Assembly: GCF_004010195.1 (NCBI RefSeq)
Contig: NC_057713.1
Location: 77,496,360 to 77,560,359 of the forward strand
DNA from: Chiloscyllium plagiosum
Lineage: Eukaryota
Length of the DNA: 64,000 nt
Direction of reading: 5' to 3'
Part shown: piece after piece, positions 48,880 through 60,062 of the stretch
Layout: every line of letters begins with the position of its first letter
Numbering within the stretch: the first letter of the stretch is position 1
Position numbers and translations under genes: made by a program
Notes under the pieces: generated by a model
Told to the model about the DNA's origin: nothing
Seen by the model: the letters and a program-made list of their open reading frames with translations, nothing else
The model's database searches: none

Positions 48880-49530
48880 GTCATTAGAGCGGGAGTTCCA
48901 GGATTTTAATCCAGCAACAGTTAAGAGTTAAGTAGTTGTGGGTTTGGAAGATGCTTTTTAAGGAGTCTTGGGGAGCTACTGCAATGCATTTTATACATAA
49001 TACACACTGCAGTCACTCTGTATTGCTGATCCAGAGAGCAAATGTTTATGGATGTAATGCCAACAAGTACTTGACACAGTCTTAGTAGCAAGTCTTAGCT
49101 TTCTGCTTGCTGTTGTAACTGCAGTATTTCTACAAACTCTTCCAGTTCACCTCATAATACAACACCAGGATGTTGATAGTGGGCTATTCAGTTGTGTCAA
49201 TTCCATCAAGGGCAATTACTGCACTCCCTCTTGTTGGATTGGTTATTGTCTGACACTTGTGTGGCACAAACCTTACTTGTCATTCATCAGTCCAAGCCAA
49301 AGAGTTGTCCAGGTCTTTCTGCACTTAGACATGGACAGCTTCATTCACGACTTCTCAAATATTAAAGCAGTTCATGAAACAAGACACAGACAATATCCAG
49401 GCTTGGACTGCTAAGTGGCAAAAGTAACATTTGTATCATAGAATTGCCAATCAACAAGCAGCTTAAAGGAGAATCTAACCATTGTCCCTTTACATTCAAA
49501 GGTATTATCATTATTGAATCCCTTGTTTTC
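48880..49530. mobile_element. Fragments of the 16940-type LINE in both orientations
   Basis: gggagttccaggattttaatccagcaacag (minus) and acaatatccaggcttggactgctaagtggcaaaagtaacatt (plus). Confidence 0.6.
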
Positions 49531-49721
49531 ATTCTTTGGTTAAAATATTCTCCAGAATGTCTGAACCTAACCTTTCGCAAAACAGGCACAAACGGTACTC
49601 CAGGGTGTGAATTCCAGCCCTTTGAAACATGAATGGCTCCACAAAAAGGCAAGTCATTGTATTAAATTATTGACACCTTCACTCATTCCTTCCTCTCTCA
49701 ATCAACAATTTCCTCACACTA

Positions 49722-50272
49722 ATTGGTGAGGCTACACTTGGAGTATTGTGTGCAGACTCCTTATCTGAGGAAGGATGTTCTGCTTATGGAGGAAGTGCAA
49801 CAAAGCTTTAGCAGACTGATTTCTGAAATGATAGAACTGGCAAAAAGACAGAGACTGAATCAGTTAAGAGTATATTTACTGAAGTTTAGAAGATTAAGGC
49901 GATATCTCATAGAAACCTGTACAATTCTAACAGGACTAAACAGGCCAAACACAGGATCAGGGAATCAAGAACCAAGAAACAATGTTTAAAGAAATAAGGT
50001 AGGCAATTTAAGACTGTGGAAAGGAGAAACTTCTTCACCCAGAAAATGGTGAGCCTATAGAATTCTCTGCCACAGAACGTGGTTGAGGCTAAAACATTGA
50101 ATGTTTTAAAGGAGTTAGATGTTCATAGGACTACAGGCATCAAAAGGTATGGGGAGAAACTGAAAACAGAGAAATAAATTGGATGATCAGGCAAGATCAT
50201 GTTGAATGGTGGAGCAGGACAAAGGGCTGAATGGCTTATTCCTACTTCTAGTTTCAACGTTGCTATGTTTCT
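49722..50272 (+). mobile_element. CR1 3' region
   Basis: 'VRLHLEYCVQ.PYLRKDVLLMEEVQQSFSRLI'; tail gggctgaatggcttattcctacttc. Confidence 0.88.
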
Positions 50273-50399
50273 AAGCTTCTAATGCTCTCTCATTGACTTC
50301 CGAAGGGCTTCACTTCTTAGTGTGTATAAGTTTACCTCAATCAGATGTCCTTCTGTATTTTGTCAAACAGTGATGAAAGCAAAACTCTAGCAAGCTTCA

Positions 50400-50585
50400 A
50401 GTAAAAGTGCTTTTCATGACCAGTGGATGGCTCAAAGCACTTTACAGCCAATAGAGTTTTTTTTAAGTTTTCTCATGGTTGTAATGTAGAAACCACATCT
50501 GTTAAATTGCAGTTGGCAAACTCTCAAAAACAGCAATGTGATAATGTCTAGTTAGTCTCTTCTTTATGTTCTTGATTAAGAATTA
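50400..50585 (-). mobile_element. Deu-SINE 3' part
   Basis: caaagcactttacagccaat...gttgtaatgtagaaac...aacagcaatgtgataatg is the reverse of the Deu-SINE tail. Confidence 0.7.
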
Positions 50586-51165
50586 TAATATCTCCACTTT
50601 GCATCTTAGTTCTCTGATAAGTTTTTTTTTAAAGTGCATGAATTTCCAACTAACTTCTCCTAATCACATCCATAATACTATTTAAAGACCTGTGGAAACC
50701 CCTGAAAAATGCTGTCAATGCAATCTCCCAGGAGTTTTGATGAATGGTTTCAAAGGTAAAGCAACTTGGGTTTATATAGCAATTCTAATATAGAAGACAA
50801 ATACCAAAGCAGTTATGGAATGATCAGATAAACACTGAACCAGTGCAGAGATATGAAATTGCTGACAAAAGGCAAGTTAAAGAGGTCTGGTTTAAGAAAA
50901 TTTGAGGGAAGGCAAAATGAAGGTTAAAGAGTTTAAGGGAATATATTGCAGAGCATAGGCCCAATCCGATAACAATAATAACATATCCTCATAACAACCT
51001 GAACATAGTAAGGCATGTGAAGTTGCTTTATGAGCCCACGTGACACTAAGACTAATAAGGAGCTATCCGGCAGGTCATAGAGTCATAGAGATGTACTGCA
51101 CGGAAACAGACCCTTCAGTTCAACTCGCCCATGCTGACTAGATATCCTAATCTAATCTAGTCTCA

Positions 51166-51299
51166 AAGTTAAAAATCACACAACACCAGGTTATAGTCCA
51201 ACAGGTTTAATTGGAAGCACACTAGCTTTCGGAGCACTGGTCCTTCTTCAGGTGATTGTGACCAGGTGACCCCAGTCCAACACCGGCATCTCCAAATCA
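51166..51299 (-). mobile_element. Short PLE family B insert with 13-bp TSD
   Basis: TSD taatctagtctca at 51153-51165 and 51300-51312; homologous to 20190-20375; the last ~30 nt are inverted relative to the rest. Confidence 0.9.
51220..51254 (-). ncRNA. Minimal hammerhead ribozyme motif (PLE family B)
   Basis: Minus strand CAC-CUGAAGA-A-GGACC-agu-GCUCC-GAA-AGCU-A|GUG: helix I CAC/GUG, helix II with 1 mismatch, palindromic AGCU in place of helix III. Confidence 0.75.
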
Positions 51300-52179
51300 T
51301 AATCTAGTCTCATTTGCCAGCACTTGGCCCACATCCCTTTAAACCCTTCCTATTCATATACCCATCCTGATGCTTTTTAAGTTCTGTAATTATACCAGCC
51401 TCCACCACTGCCTCTACCAGCTCATTCCATACATGTGCCACCCTCTGTGTGAAAAAGTTGCCCCTTAGCGCCCCAGGAAAAAGACCTATCCATGTCCCTC
51501 ATGCTTTTATAAACCAAACTGTGCAGATTCACTGTTTGGTCAGTTTGCAGTGTAGGTTTCTTTCTCTCTCCCCCTCCTGACCATGTGCTCGATGCCTCTG
51601 TCTATCTTCCTCCCTTTTAAAAGTGCAGTTGTTTTGATTATTTTTCCCTAAAGTTCAAAAACAACGCAACAGTATATAAAACAGTAATTGCTGCTCGTAG
51701 AATTTGAGGAAGTCACTGCCAGCCATCTAAAGTATCTCAAAAAAGGATCAGTTCTTACAGCCACAATTTTTCCCCATCCTCCATCTTGATGATCAAGAAC
51801 TTGGGTAACAAGATTCAAACCTTCAGATATTAAAATTTTTGAATATGATAGCAACTGGAAGAATAAGCAAGATCATGGATATGGCATTAGGCAAAGTAGA
51901 TCTTATGCTTCTGTCTGCATATTTTTAATATGTTTGTGAGATGTAGACTTACACATGGTGCTGTGAGGAAAGAAGTTCCAGGAATTTGATCCAGTGATAA
52001 TAAAGGAGCACCAATATGCTTCTAACTTAGGATGGCATGTGGCTTAGTGAGGACTTGAAGATAGTAGTGTTTTCTTGCATCAGTGGTCATTGTCATTTTA
52101 GATAATAGAGTTCATGGGTTGGAAAATATCTAAATTCCACATTACCTATGTACTTACCAGGCAGGAGGAGAAGAGGAGC

Positions 52180-52269
52180 TGAAAATGTGTTGCTGGAAAA
52201 GCGCAACAGGTCAGGCAGCATCCAAGGAGCAGGAGAATCGACGTTTCGAGCATGAGCCCTTCTTCAGGA
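52180..52269 (-). mobile_element. 90-bp PLE family A insert with hammerhead core and 17-bp TSD
   Basis: TSD aggaggagaagaggagc at 52163-52179 and 52270-52286. Minus strand TC-CTGAAGA-A-GGGC-tcat-GCTC-GAA-ACGT-C|GA. Confidence 0.9.
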
Positions 52270-52329
52270 AGGAGGAGAAGAGGAGCAAAAGACACAATGT
52301 TTTCAGCTTCTTTAGACTGTTGTAGAGAT

Positions 52330-53100
52330 GTTGAATCATAAGATGTCGGAGACAGGCCATTTGGCCCATCAAGTCTGCTCTGCAATTTGATGAGATCACG
52401 GCTTGTCTGACAATCCTCAATTCAACTTTCTTGATTGTCCTTACTGATTAGAAATCTGTCTATCTCAGCCTGAATATACTTAATGACCTCGCTTTTACAG
52501 GCCACTCAAGAATTCCAGAGATTAGCTACTCTTTAAGAGAAAAAAATCCTTCTTGTCTCTGACATAAGTACCCTTCTAACATGAACTCTGAGCACCCTGA
52601 GAAACTGACATATTCAATTAAAGTCTCCTTTAATTCTTCTAAACTCCAATATGTATAAGCCCATTCTTACTAAACCTCTGCACATAAGGAAGTCCCTCCA
52701 TACCCTGGATTAACCTATTGAACCTTCTCTGGACTGTTTTCACTGCCAGCATATCTTTCTTTAGATATGGCAATAAAAAATGTCCACAGTATTCCACCTA
52801 TGTTCTGTGTAACGGCTGAATATTGTTTTAGCATAACTTCTCTAGTTCAGAACTTCATTTCTTTTGAATTTTGGTCTATTATCTACTGAACTCAGATGCC
52901 ACCTTCTTTGTGATTCATGGACAAGGACTTCCAAATCCCTCTCTGCTGCAACTTTCTGCAATCTTTCCCAATTTAAATAGTTTTCAGTTCCTCTATCCAT
53001 CTTGCCAACGTGAATAATCTCACATTTTCCAATATCATGTTCTATCTGCCAAAGTTTTGCCCACTCACTTAATGTATGTCTATATCTGTGGAGATTCTTT
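52330..53100 (-). mobile_element. CR1 3' region
   Basis: 'LSEWAKLWQIEHDIGKCEIIHVG...ERDLEVLVH'; tail gaatcataagatgtcggagacaggccatttggccc. Confidence 0.85.
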
Positions 53101-53389
53101 GGGCTGAGCCTTATTTGAAGCCATACATTTTGCTTCTGCACTTTAATGCTGCACTGTGGGATGCATTGGCAATTATCATTGTAATGCTGCAGGCTGGACA
53201 CTCTGCAGTCAGAGGCACACACTCAACACATGGACTGGACCCAGTTGTTTGATGTTGTTGCTCTCACTGTCTCTGAACCTACCTGGATACCCACAGTATC
53301 CTGCCTCACCTTGCTTTGCCTTGCCTTTCTATATTGCTGTGTCCTCTTCAGCTAGTCTGTTCTTCAGCCTTATCTCGGTCGCCCTCTAA

Positions 53390-54050
53390 ATTCTTCACTT
53401 TCAGATATACATCCAGCTGTCTTTTGAAACGTCCTTTGGAATCCACCTCTACCATTCACCCAGGCAGCACATTGCAAATCCAAACAACTCTCTTGGTAAA
53501 GAAGTCACCCCCAGTCCTGAAGAAGGGTTCTTCTTGAAAGGTTGACTTCTCCACCTCCAGGCACTGCTGTCTGGCTTGCTGTGCTCTTCCAGCCTCCTGT
53601 TTGTCTACTTCAGATTCAGCATCTTCAGTTTTTTTTGTCCCTTATCTCACTCCTAACTCTCTTGTCAACAATCTTGAAATTTTAACTCCTATTTACTGAC
53701 ATATCAACTCATGGAAAAAGAACATCCTTCTTTACTCTATCAAAATTGTTCATAATTTTGAGCACCTCAATAAGGTCACCTCTTAGTTTTCTATGCTCCA
53801 AAGAGAATAAACCAATTCCTCTCATTTTCCCTTGTATCTAAAATCCCTCATTCTTAGTATCATTCTAGTAAGTCTCCTTAGCACCCTCTCCAGGGCTTCA
53901 ACATCCCTTCTTAACATCCAAAACGGAACACAATAATCCAACTGTGGTCTAACCAATGGATTGGTAGAGGTGTAGCAACAGTTCCTTATTTTTATGTTGT
54001 ATGCCTCTATTTATAAGCCCAATGATCTTATAAGCCGACTGTTTCAACTT
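53390..54050 (-). mobile_element. Old CR1 fragment with a PLE terminus insert (+, ~53515-53640)
   Basis: cacctcaataaggtcacctctt...accctctccaggg (CR1). The insert starts cctgaagaaggg and ends cagcatcttcagttttt. Confidence 0.7.
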
Positions 54051-56843
54051 GATGAGGAACTCAATTGTGAAAAATCCTGATGGGTCGGCACATCATGCAC
54101 TGGATGCATTGAATGATGTGCTAGTGCAGCACTGTCTGCTTTTCCAATATTTGTCTTCCTGTATACTCCAACCACTGCCCCCATCAACCCCAATCATCTT
54201 CAACCTTTATGTAGACCAATTCTTTTGACCTCCCCTGACTTCAGGGTGCCACAAATTTCTGGTAAATCCATGATTTCACTAAAAAACCTCCAAACATCAT
54301 CAGGGACATTTCCAGACACTTTGCAAAAGAGAAAATAAGCAAAAGAACATCTGAGCTGCAAGTTGCAAGCCTGGTCACCTCTTATAAGCCTCTTGCAATG
54401 TCATATTTGCTACTTCCAGAACGAAGCTGCTGCCCTGCACATTCATTGAACAATCTGCAAACTAGATGTCATATCAGTCGATTGGTCTACATGTTAGTAC
54501 GAGCTATTGTTCAAAGTCTTCCAGCCCTCTTCTATGTTTTCTTGTACAGCAGTGTGGCATATATTGTGCAGAGAGAGAACAAAAGCCTTCATAGCAGAGC
54601 AACAAACAACTTAATGGAACCCATTTGTTGCCACAATATGTCCATTTTGGAATTAGAGTTGGAAACAAGTAATAATTTTCCGAAGATCGAAACCAAAATA
54701 ACTTACAATAAAAAATACATTTGCAACTGCATTCCCTTAGGGAAAGATCATTAAAACAAAGGCCAGTCATATTTGGAAATTAATGTACTGGATGTACTCA
54801 GCATTCCCACTTCTTTTTTTCATTCTTTACATGTTGGGGAACTGCTGCCAATATTTTTTGTCCTTGTTGGCAATTTCAGCTTTGTCCTACCGATATGGCT
54901 ATGTCTACATCAAGCCTGGCCACCAGACATAACCCCTCATCAACATCTTCATTTTGGAGACTCCTGGATGGACCTGGTGGTGGAGTTCAGCCAGAATTTG
55001 ATTACAACTTTTGCTCGGGACAATAACTCTTGGTCCCCAGAACAATATGCTGTTCTCTACCGTGAGCTGGTCACTCTGGGTCTAAAAAGGTTTCAATTCT
55101 AATTATGATGGCCTTTTGGCTTCCCCCATCACCACAGTTATATTAGTTTTGAAAGGGTTGGGTCATTCTGTGTCCAAAGTCTGATATTGTCAGCTGCAAA
55201 TGGCGTGAGTCAAGAAAACTTAATATCATTACATACTCTTCCATTGGGGGCACCAGTGGTGTATATGCTAAAGGGAGGCAGCAGGTTCAACACTCACTAC
55301 TTGGCCACCCAGATAGTGCACTGACGTATCAGTGTAGGTACTTTGCATTAGAGGCCATTTGGACCATGTGGTCCAAAGCTATGGGCAGCACTGACTTGTG
55401 CTTTTTAAGTGGATCAAGTAGGTGTTTATTGTCCATAATTATTAGAAATTTCCTTCCATAATGGTATTGGTGGAACTTCTTGACTCCATCTTATTTTACC
55501 TGGACAGACGTAGGAGCCGGGGCACATTTGGTCACTCTCACTTTATCTCCCAACAGGTGTAATCTGATCTTATCGACTCTGTAGCCCAAGTAGGTCATTT
55601 GGGGGACCTGGAACCTACATTTTTCCCTTCTTGCATATATGCCTGCCTTAGAAAAATGTCTTAGGACTATATCCAAGTTAAATGTGTTCCTTATTAGTTT
55701 TCCTTGTTATTATTACATAATCTGGGTAACCAGCAATATGGGGTAGACCTTGCAAAATGTTCTCCATCGTCTGCTGAAAAATTGAACAGGCTAACAATGC
55801 ACCAAATGGCAATCTCATATGTTGGTTAAAGCTCTTATGGCTATCAATTGTAGCTTACTTCTGGGAATCTTGATCTAAATGTAATTGTTAGTAACTGTGG
55901 CACATGTCCAGATTCTTGAATACAGCGTCCTGCTTGAACTGCATATAAAATCCTCAGTGCGAGAAATTGGGTATTTATCCAACTGTGAAAAGCGGTTTAC
56001 TGTTTGCTTAAAGTGCCCACAAAGACAAATTGACCTGTCGGGCATCAAAATCGGTAGAATTAGTGATGCCCATTCCACAAACTGGACTGATTTGATGATT
56101 CCTCCACTTTATAGATATCTGATTTCTGCCTTTACTTTTGCTCTTAAGGCAAATGACACTGGCTGGGCCCTGCAGAATCATGGAATCGCTTCCTGGTCAA
56201 CATGCAACGTGGCCTTGGCTCCTCTGACAGTCCTTAGGCCTCTCTGGAAGACTTCTGGGTATTCTATTAGGACTTCACTCAGGTAGCTGTTTTCTATTGA
56301 GAAGTGTTGAACCAATCTAGGTGAATCACTTGCAAACAATTTTACCCAATAAAGGTTGGGCCTGAGCCTTTTACCACAATGACTGGCAACTGAGCCAGCT
56401 GCTTTTCATAAGAGTTGTGAAATAAGGTTGTCCTTAATCTGTAGAGGTTCTAAGTAGAGATTCTCAGCCAAGCTGAGGTGCTGCACAAAGTTGAGGGCTG
56501 GAACTCAGAGCGAAATATGTTAAAAGCTGGTCCTGTGATCACTGATACAGCTGCGCTGCTATTGACTTCCATTAGAAGTGGATGTTCATTTAACAATGTG
56601 TTACCTAGATTGGTGCTGATTTTGATGTTGCTAAGCGATTTAACTGTTCAAAACCACATATGGATGGACTTCCCAGAGTACGACCTCTCCTGAATACCCT
56701 CCTGAATATCGGCTTATGAATTATCTTACTCAATCTAGGTCTAGTGGGACTCTTTTGCTGCCTCGAGTCCATATACCAACAAAAGCTACAATGCTTGCTG
56801 GCCAGATCCTGAAGAAAATTTTAACTGTTTGGCTAAGGCTTGG

Positions 56844-57281
56844 TGTTGAGGAATTTATTTAGTCTGAGACTTGTTTCAAGAGCTTTTTTTTGTGAATACA
56901 CGGAAAGCCTGCCACAGTCTTCACTGTCCCACAGCATCTTCTCAAGCCGAACAGTCAGCCTATATTTATGCAATGATACAAACAACTTTGCTTGTTTTAT
57001 TTAGATTACATTCCACACTCAAGTAATGTTGAATACAATAATTGAAGATAAAGAAAAGTACAGTGTAGCTACTCCCTTTGTTCCTGATATTGCTCAAGGA
57101 CAGATAGACTAATGAGTTTAAGATTCATTCTCTATATTTCATCAAACTATAATTACACAACCTCAGTCTTTATCTCCAGCAATACTTTTCCACTAAAGCT
57201 GTGAGCCTGAGAACCAGGTCACCTTTTACCTTGGTCAATATTCCATCCTGCAGCAGTATGTTAAGTTCATACTACTTCCAT
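56844..57281 (-). mobile_element. Candidate solo LTR nested in the Gypsy gag region
   Basis: Flanked by gcttgg direct repeats (56838-56843 and 57282-57287); tgttg... / ...cca(t) ends; the minus strand has a TATA-like cataaatata, then AATAAA near the end. Confidence 0.6.
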
Positions 57282-58122
57282 GCTTGGCTTTATTTTGGGC
57301 TTTGCTGTGGGCAGACCTAGAGTCCCTCTGATTAGAATATGCCCTGAGTGAGGCTATGAAATTGCCTGCATTCACGTTGTGTTCCCCCATCTCAGTCGGA
57401 TTGGTGAGGATGTCCACTTCCATCAGAATATGCTGCAACTCACATGCTCCACTTGCAGCATTTTGCATTGATAAAGCCAGTTGTAGCCCTTTAACTAGTT
57501 GGTATTCTTGCATAGTTACATTATTATTTCCATATATCAGACAGTCTTTAAGCATCTCATTAAGATTTAAACCAAAGTTGCAGGCCTCTGCCAATCATCT
57601 TCACCTAGTCAGCAATCCTGATATGGATTTCCCTCCTTCTCTAATTGCAAAGTAAAATAATAGTGTCTCAGAATGAGAGGCTTGGAATCTTAATATTCTT
57701 TAACTATGTCCATCAATTCTTGAAAGGTTTTTTCCCTGGTGCCTCATGGAAAGTTAGGCTTCTGGTAACAGAAAAAGCTGCAGATCCACGAGCTGTCAGG
57801 AGAATTATTCATTGATTCTCATCTGTTGCAACATTGTTTGCTGGGAACGAATGATACATTTTTTTCCACATGTTGGGCCAAGTCCTTGATAGCTAGATCA
57901 AAAGAGTCAAGCTTCCCAAACAAATGCTTGTTCCAACTCAGAGGCAAGCAGGTTTCTTCAGGATCATGCATAACTTCTGTTGCTCCTGAAATAATTCCAC
58001 AGAGGCTGGTATTCATCACCAAGTCACCCTTTATTTATACATGAACCATCCTTGACTATAGTACTGCCTCATACAGTGTAAGGTACCAGAGTGTCAATAT
58101 CCCTGAAACTCAACCTTTTATA

Positions 58123-58714
58123 GGCGAAAGTGAGGACTGCAGGTACTGGGGATTAGAGTCAAGAGTATGGTGCTGGAAAAGCACAGCAGGTCAGGCAGCA
58201 TCCGAGGAGCAGGAGACTCGCCGTTTCAGGAAAAAGCCCTTCATCAGAAATGTGGCTGTGAGCCGAAAGCATGATGAGATAAATGGGAGGGGAGGTGGGT
58301 CTGTGGGGAATGTAGCTGAGAGTGCAATACGTAAATGGAGGTGGGGAGAATGGTGATAGATCAGAGAGCAAGGTGGAGCAGATAGGTGGGAAGTAAGATG
58401 GACAGGTCAGGAGGGCATTACCATGTTGGGAGGTTGGAACTGGGATAAGGTGGGGGTAGGGCAAATGAAGAAACTGGTGAAATCTGCATTGATGCCGTGG
58501 AGTTGGATGGTCCCAAGGTGAAAGATGAGGCATTCTTCCTCCAGACATTGGGTGGTTTGGGAGTTGGGATGGTGGAGGCTGAGGACCTGCATCTCATTGG
58601 TAGAGTGGGAGGGGGAGTTGAAGTGTTTGGCCAGAGGGTGGTGGGGTTGGTGGGTGCGGGTGTCTCAGAGATGCTCTCTGAAGCAATATGCAAATAGGCA
58701 TCCTCTTGACTTAT
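58123..58714 (-). mobile_element. PLE 3' fragment inserted in the Gypsy LTR
   Basis: ggcgaaagtgaggactgcag terminus; 'LEEECLIFHLGTIQLHGINADF'; ccttttata at 58114-58122 and 58715-58723. Confidence 0.9.
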
Positions 58715-59544
58715 CCTTTTATATGTCAGTCAGGGCTCCCTGATTAGACCAGGTTAACAGCCCAATCAGGGAACTCAAATTCTATGAGGTCCAGCTGGCT
58801 GACCTCATTACAATCACTACAATATGGACCTCCAAACTCTGTGCACAGCAGTGAATTCAGAATCAGAAGTCACTACTGTGAACGATATCAACTGCACAAC
58901 TTAGAGCGAATGTTGGTCAAACTGGATCTCCACTTCGATGTATACAAAATGAATCAGACCAGGATGAATCTTTTTCAAGTTTTACTGGTTTCTCTTTCTG
59001 AGTTCTTAAAGGACCACTTGTTTTGGTTTTCAGTATTTGAAAATTTTGAATCAACATTTCCCTCAGAAGTTCACTCATTCTCTGGTATCTTTGACTTAAA
59101 CTCTTCTAAATGAAGAAACCCAGTCAGATAGCGAACTATTAATACCTTATATAATCTGCCTTTTCTTGTCATTCACTGTATGTCTTTAGAATAAGCAATC
59201 GGAACTATTTGCTTTGTGTAATTGCCAAGAATTCTGGATATTCACATAGAATACTAGAACCAGCCATCCCCATGTCCTGTGTGCATACCTCAACCCACTC
59301 CTCAGCAAGGAAAAGAGGCTGAATGAAATAAAATGTTTCCAAATAAATCTGATAGTATTTTATCTATTAAAACAAAAATAAAGGCATTAACTTCTGAATT
59401 ACACGTGAGGTTATTACCAGCTTCAATCGCAAGAACACACAAGTGCAAGGGCCACAGCTGAGAGAATAATTCTATTCCTGACCCTCAGAACTTTCCCCAA
59501 GGGATGTATAGCACTTTCCTCCATTCCATGAATCCCTTAATTTA

Positions 59545-60062
59545 GAGACATAGAGATGTGCAGCACGGAAACAGACCCTTCGGTCCAACTCATCCATGCT
59601 GACCAGATATCCCAACCCAATCTAGTCCCACTTGCCAGTACCTGGCCCATATCCCTCCAAACCTTTCCTATTCATATACCTATCCAGATGTCTTTTAAAT
59701 GTTGCAATTGTACCAACCTCCAGCCCTTCCTCTGGCAGCTCAGTCCATATACATACCATCCTCTGCATGAAAAAAACTTGCCCCTTAGGTCTCTTTTAAA
59801 TCTTTCCCATCTTACTCGAAACTTATGCCCTCTAGTTCTGGACTGCCCCACCCCAGGGAAAAGACCTTGTCTATTTATCCTATCCATGCCCCTCATGATT
59901 TTATACACCTCAATAAGGTCACCCCTCAGCCTCTGACATTCCAGGGAAAACAGCCCCAGCCTATTCAACCTTTCCCTGTAGCTCAAATCCTCCAACTCTG
60001 GCAACATCCTTATAAATCCTTTCTGAACCATTTTAAGTTTCACAACATCCTTCCGATAGGAA
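59545..60062 (-). mobile_element. Young HER1/CR1 3' end
   Basis: 'YRKDVVKL...LSYRERLNRLGLFSLECQRLRGDLIEVYKIMRG...SRTRGH'. Confidence 0.95.

Larger units (their letters stand above)
51074..51790 (-). mobile_element. HER1/CR1 3' end joined to a probable CR1 5' UTR, with a nested PLE insert
   Basis: 3' tail gtcatagagtcatagagatgtactgcacggaaacagaccc. 51515-51790 begins, on the minus strand, atcaagatggaggatgggg, resembling CR1 5' ends. Confidence 0.7.
54760..58821 (-). mobile_element. Decayed Ty3/Gypsy LTR retrotransposon (5' LTR, gag, PR, RT, RNase H, integrase N-terminus; 3'-truncated)
   Basis: LTR tgtagtgattg (58821) ... attatttca (~57987). gag 'LFGKLDSFD', 'AEACNFGLNLNEMLKDCLIYG'. PR-like 'LMEVNSSAAVSVI' (~56540-56580). 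RT 'EWASLILPILMPDRSICLCGHFKQTVNRFSQLDKYPI', 'EKCRFQVPQMTYLGYRV'. Integrase Zn-finger 'HPGVSKMK...YVWWPG' (~54915-54970). Confidence 0.9.

Noticed and set aside
54760-58821. Active or domesticated Gypsy gene
   Set aside because: Many stops and frameshifts, degenerate catalytic motifs, nested insertions and no 3' LTR.
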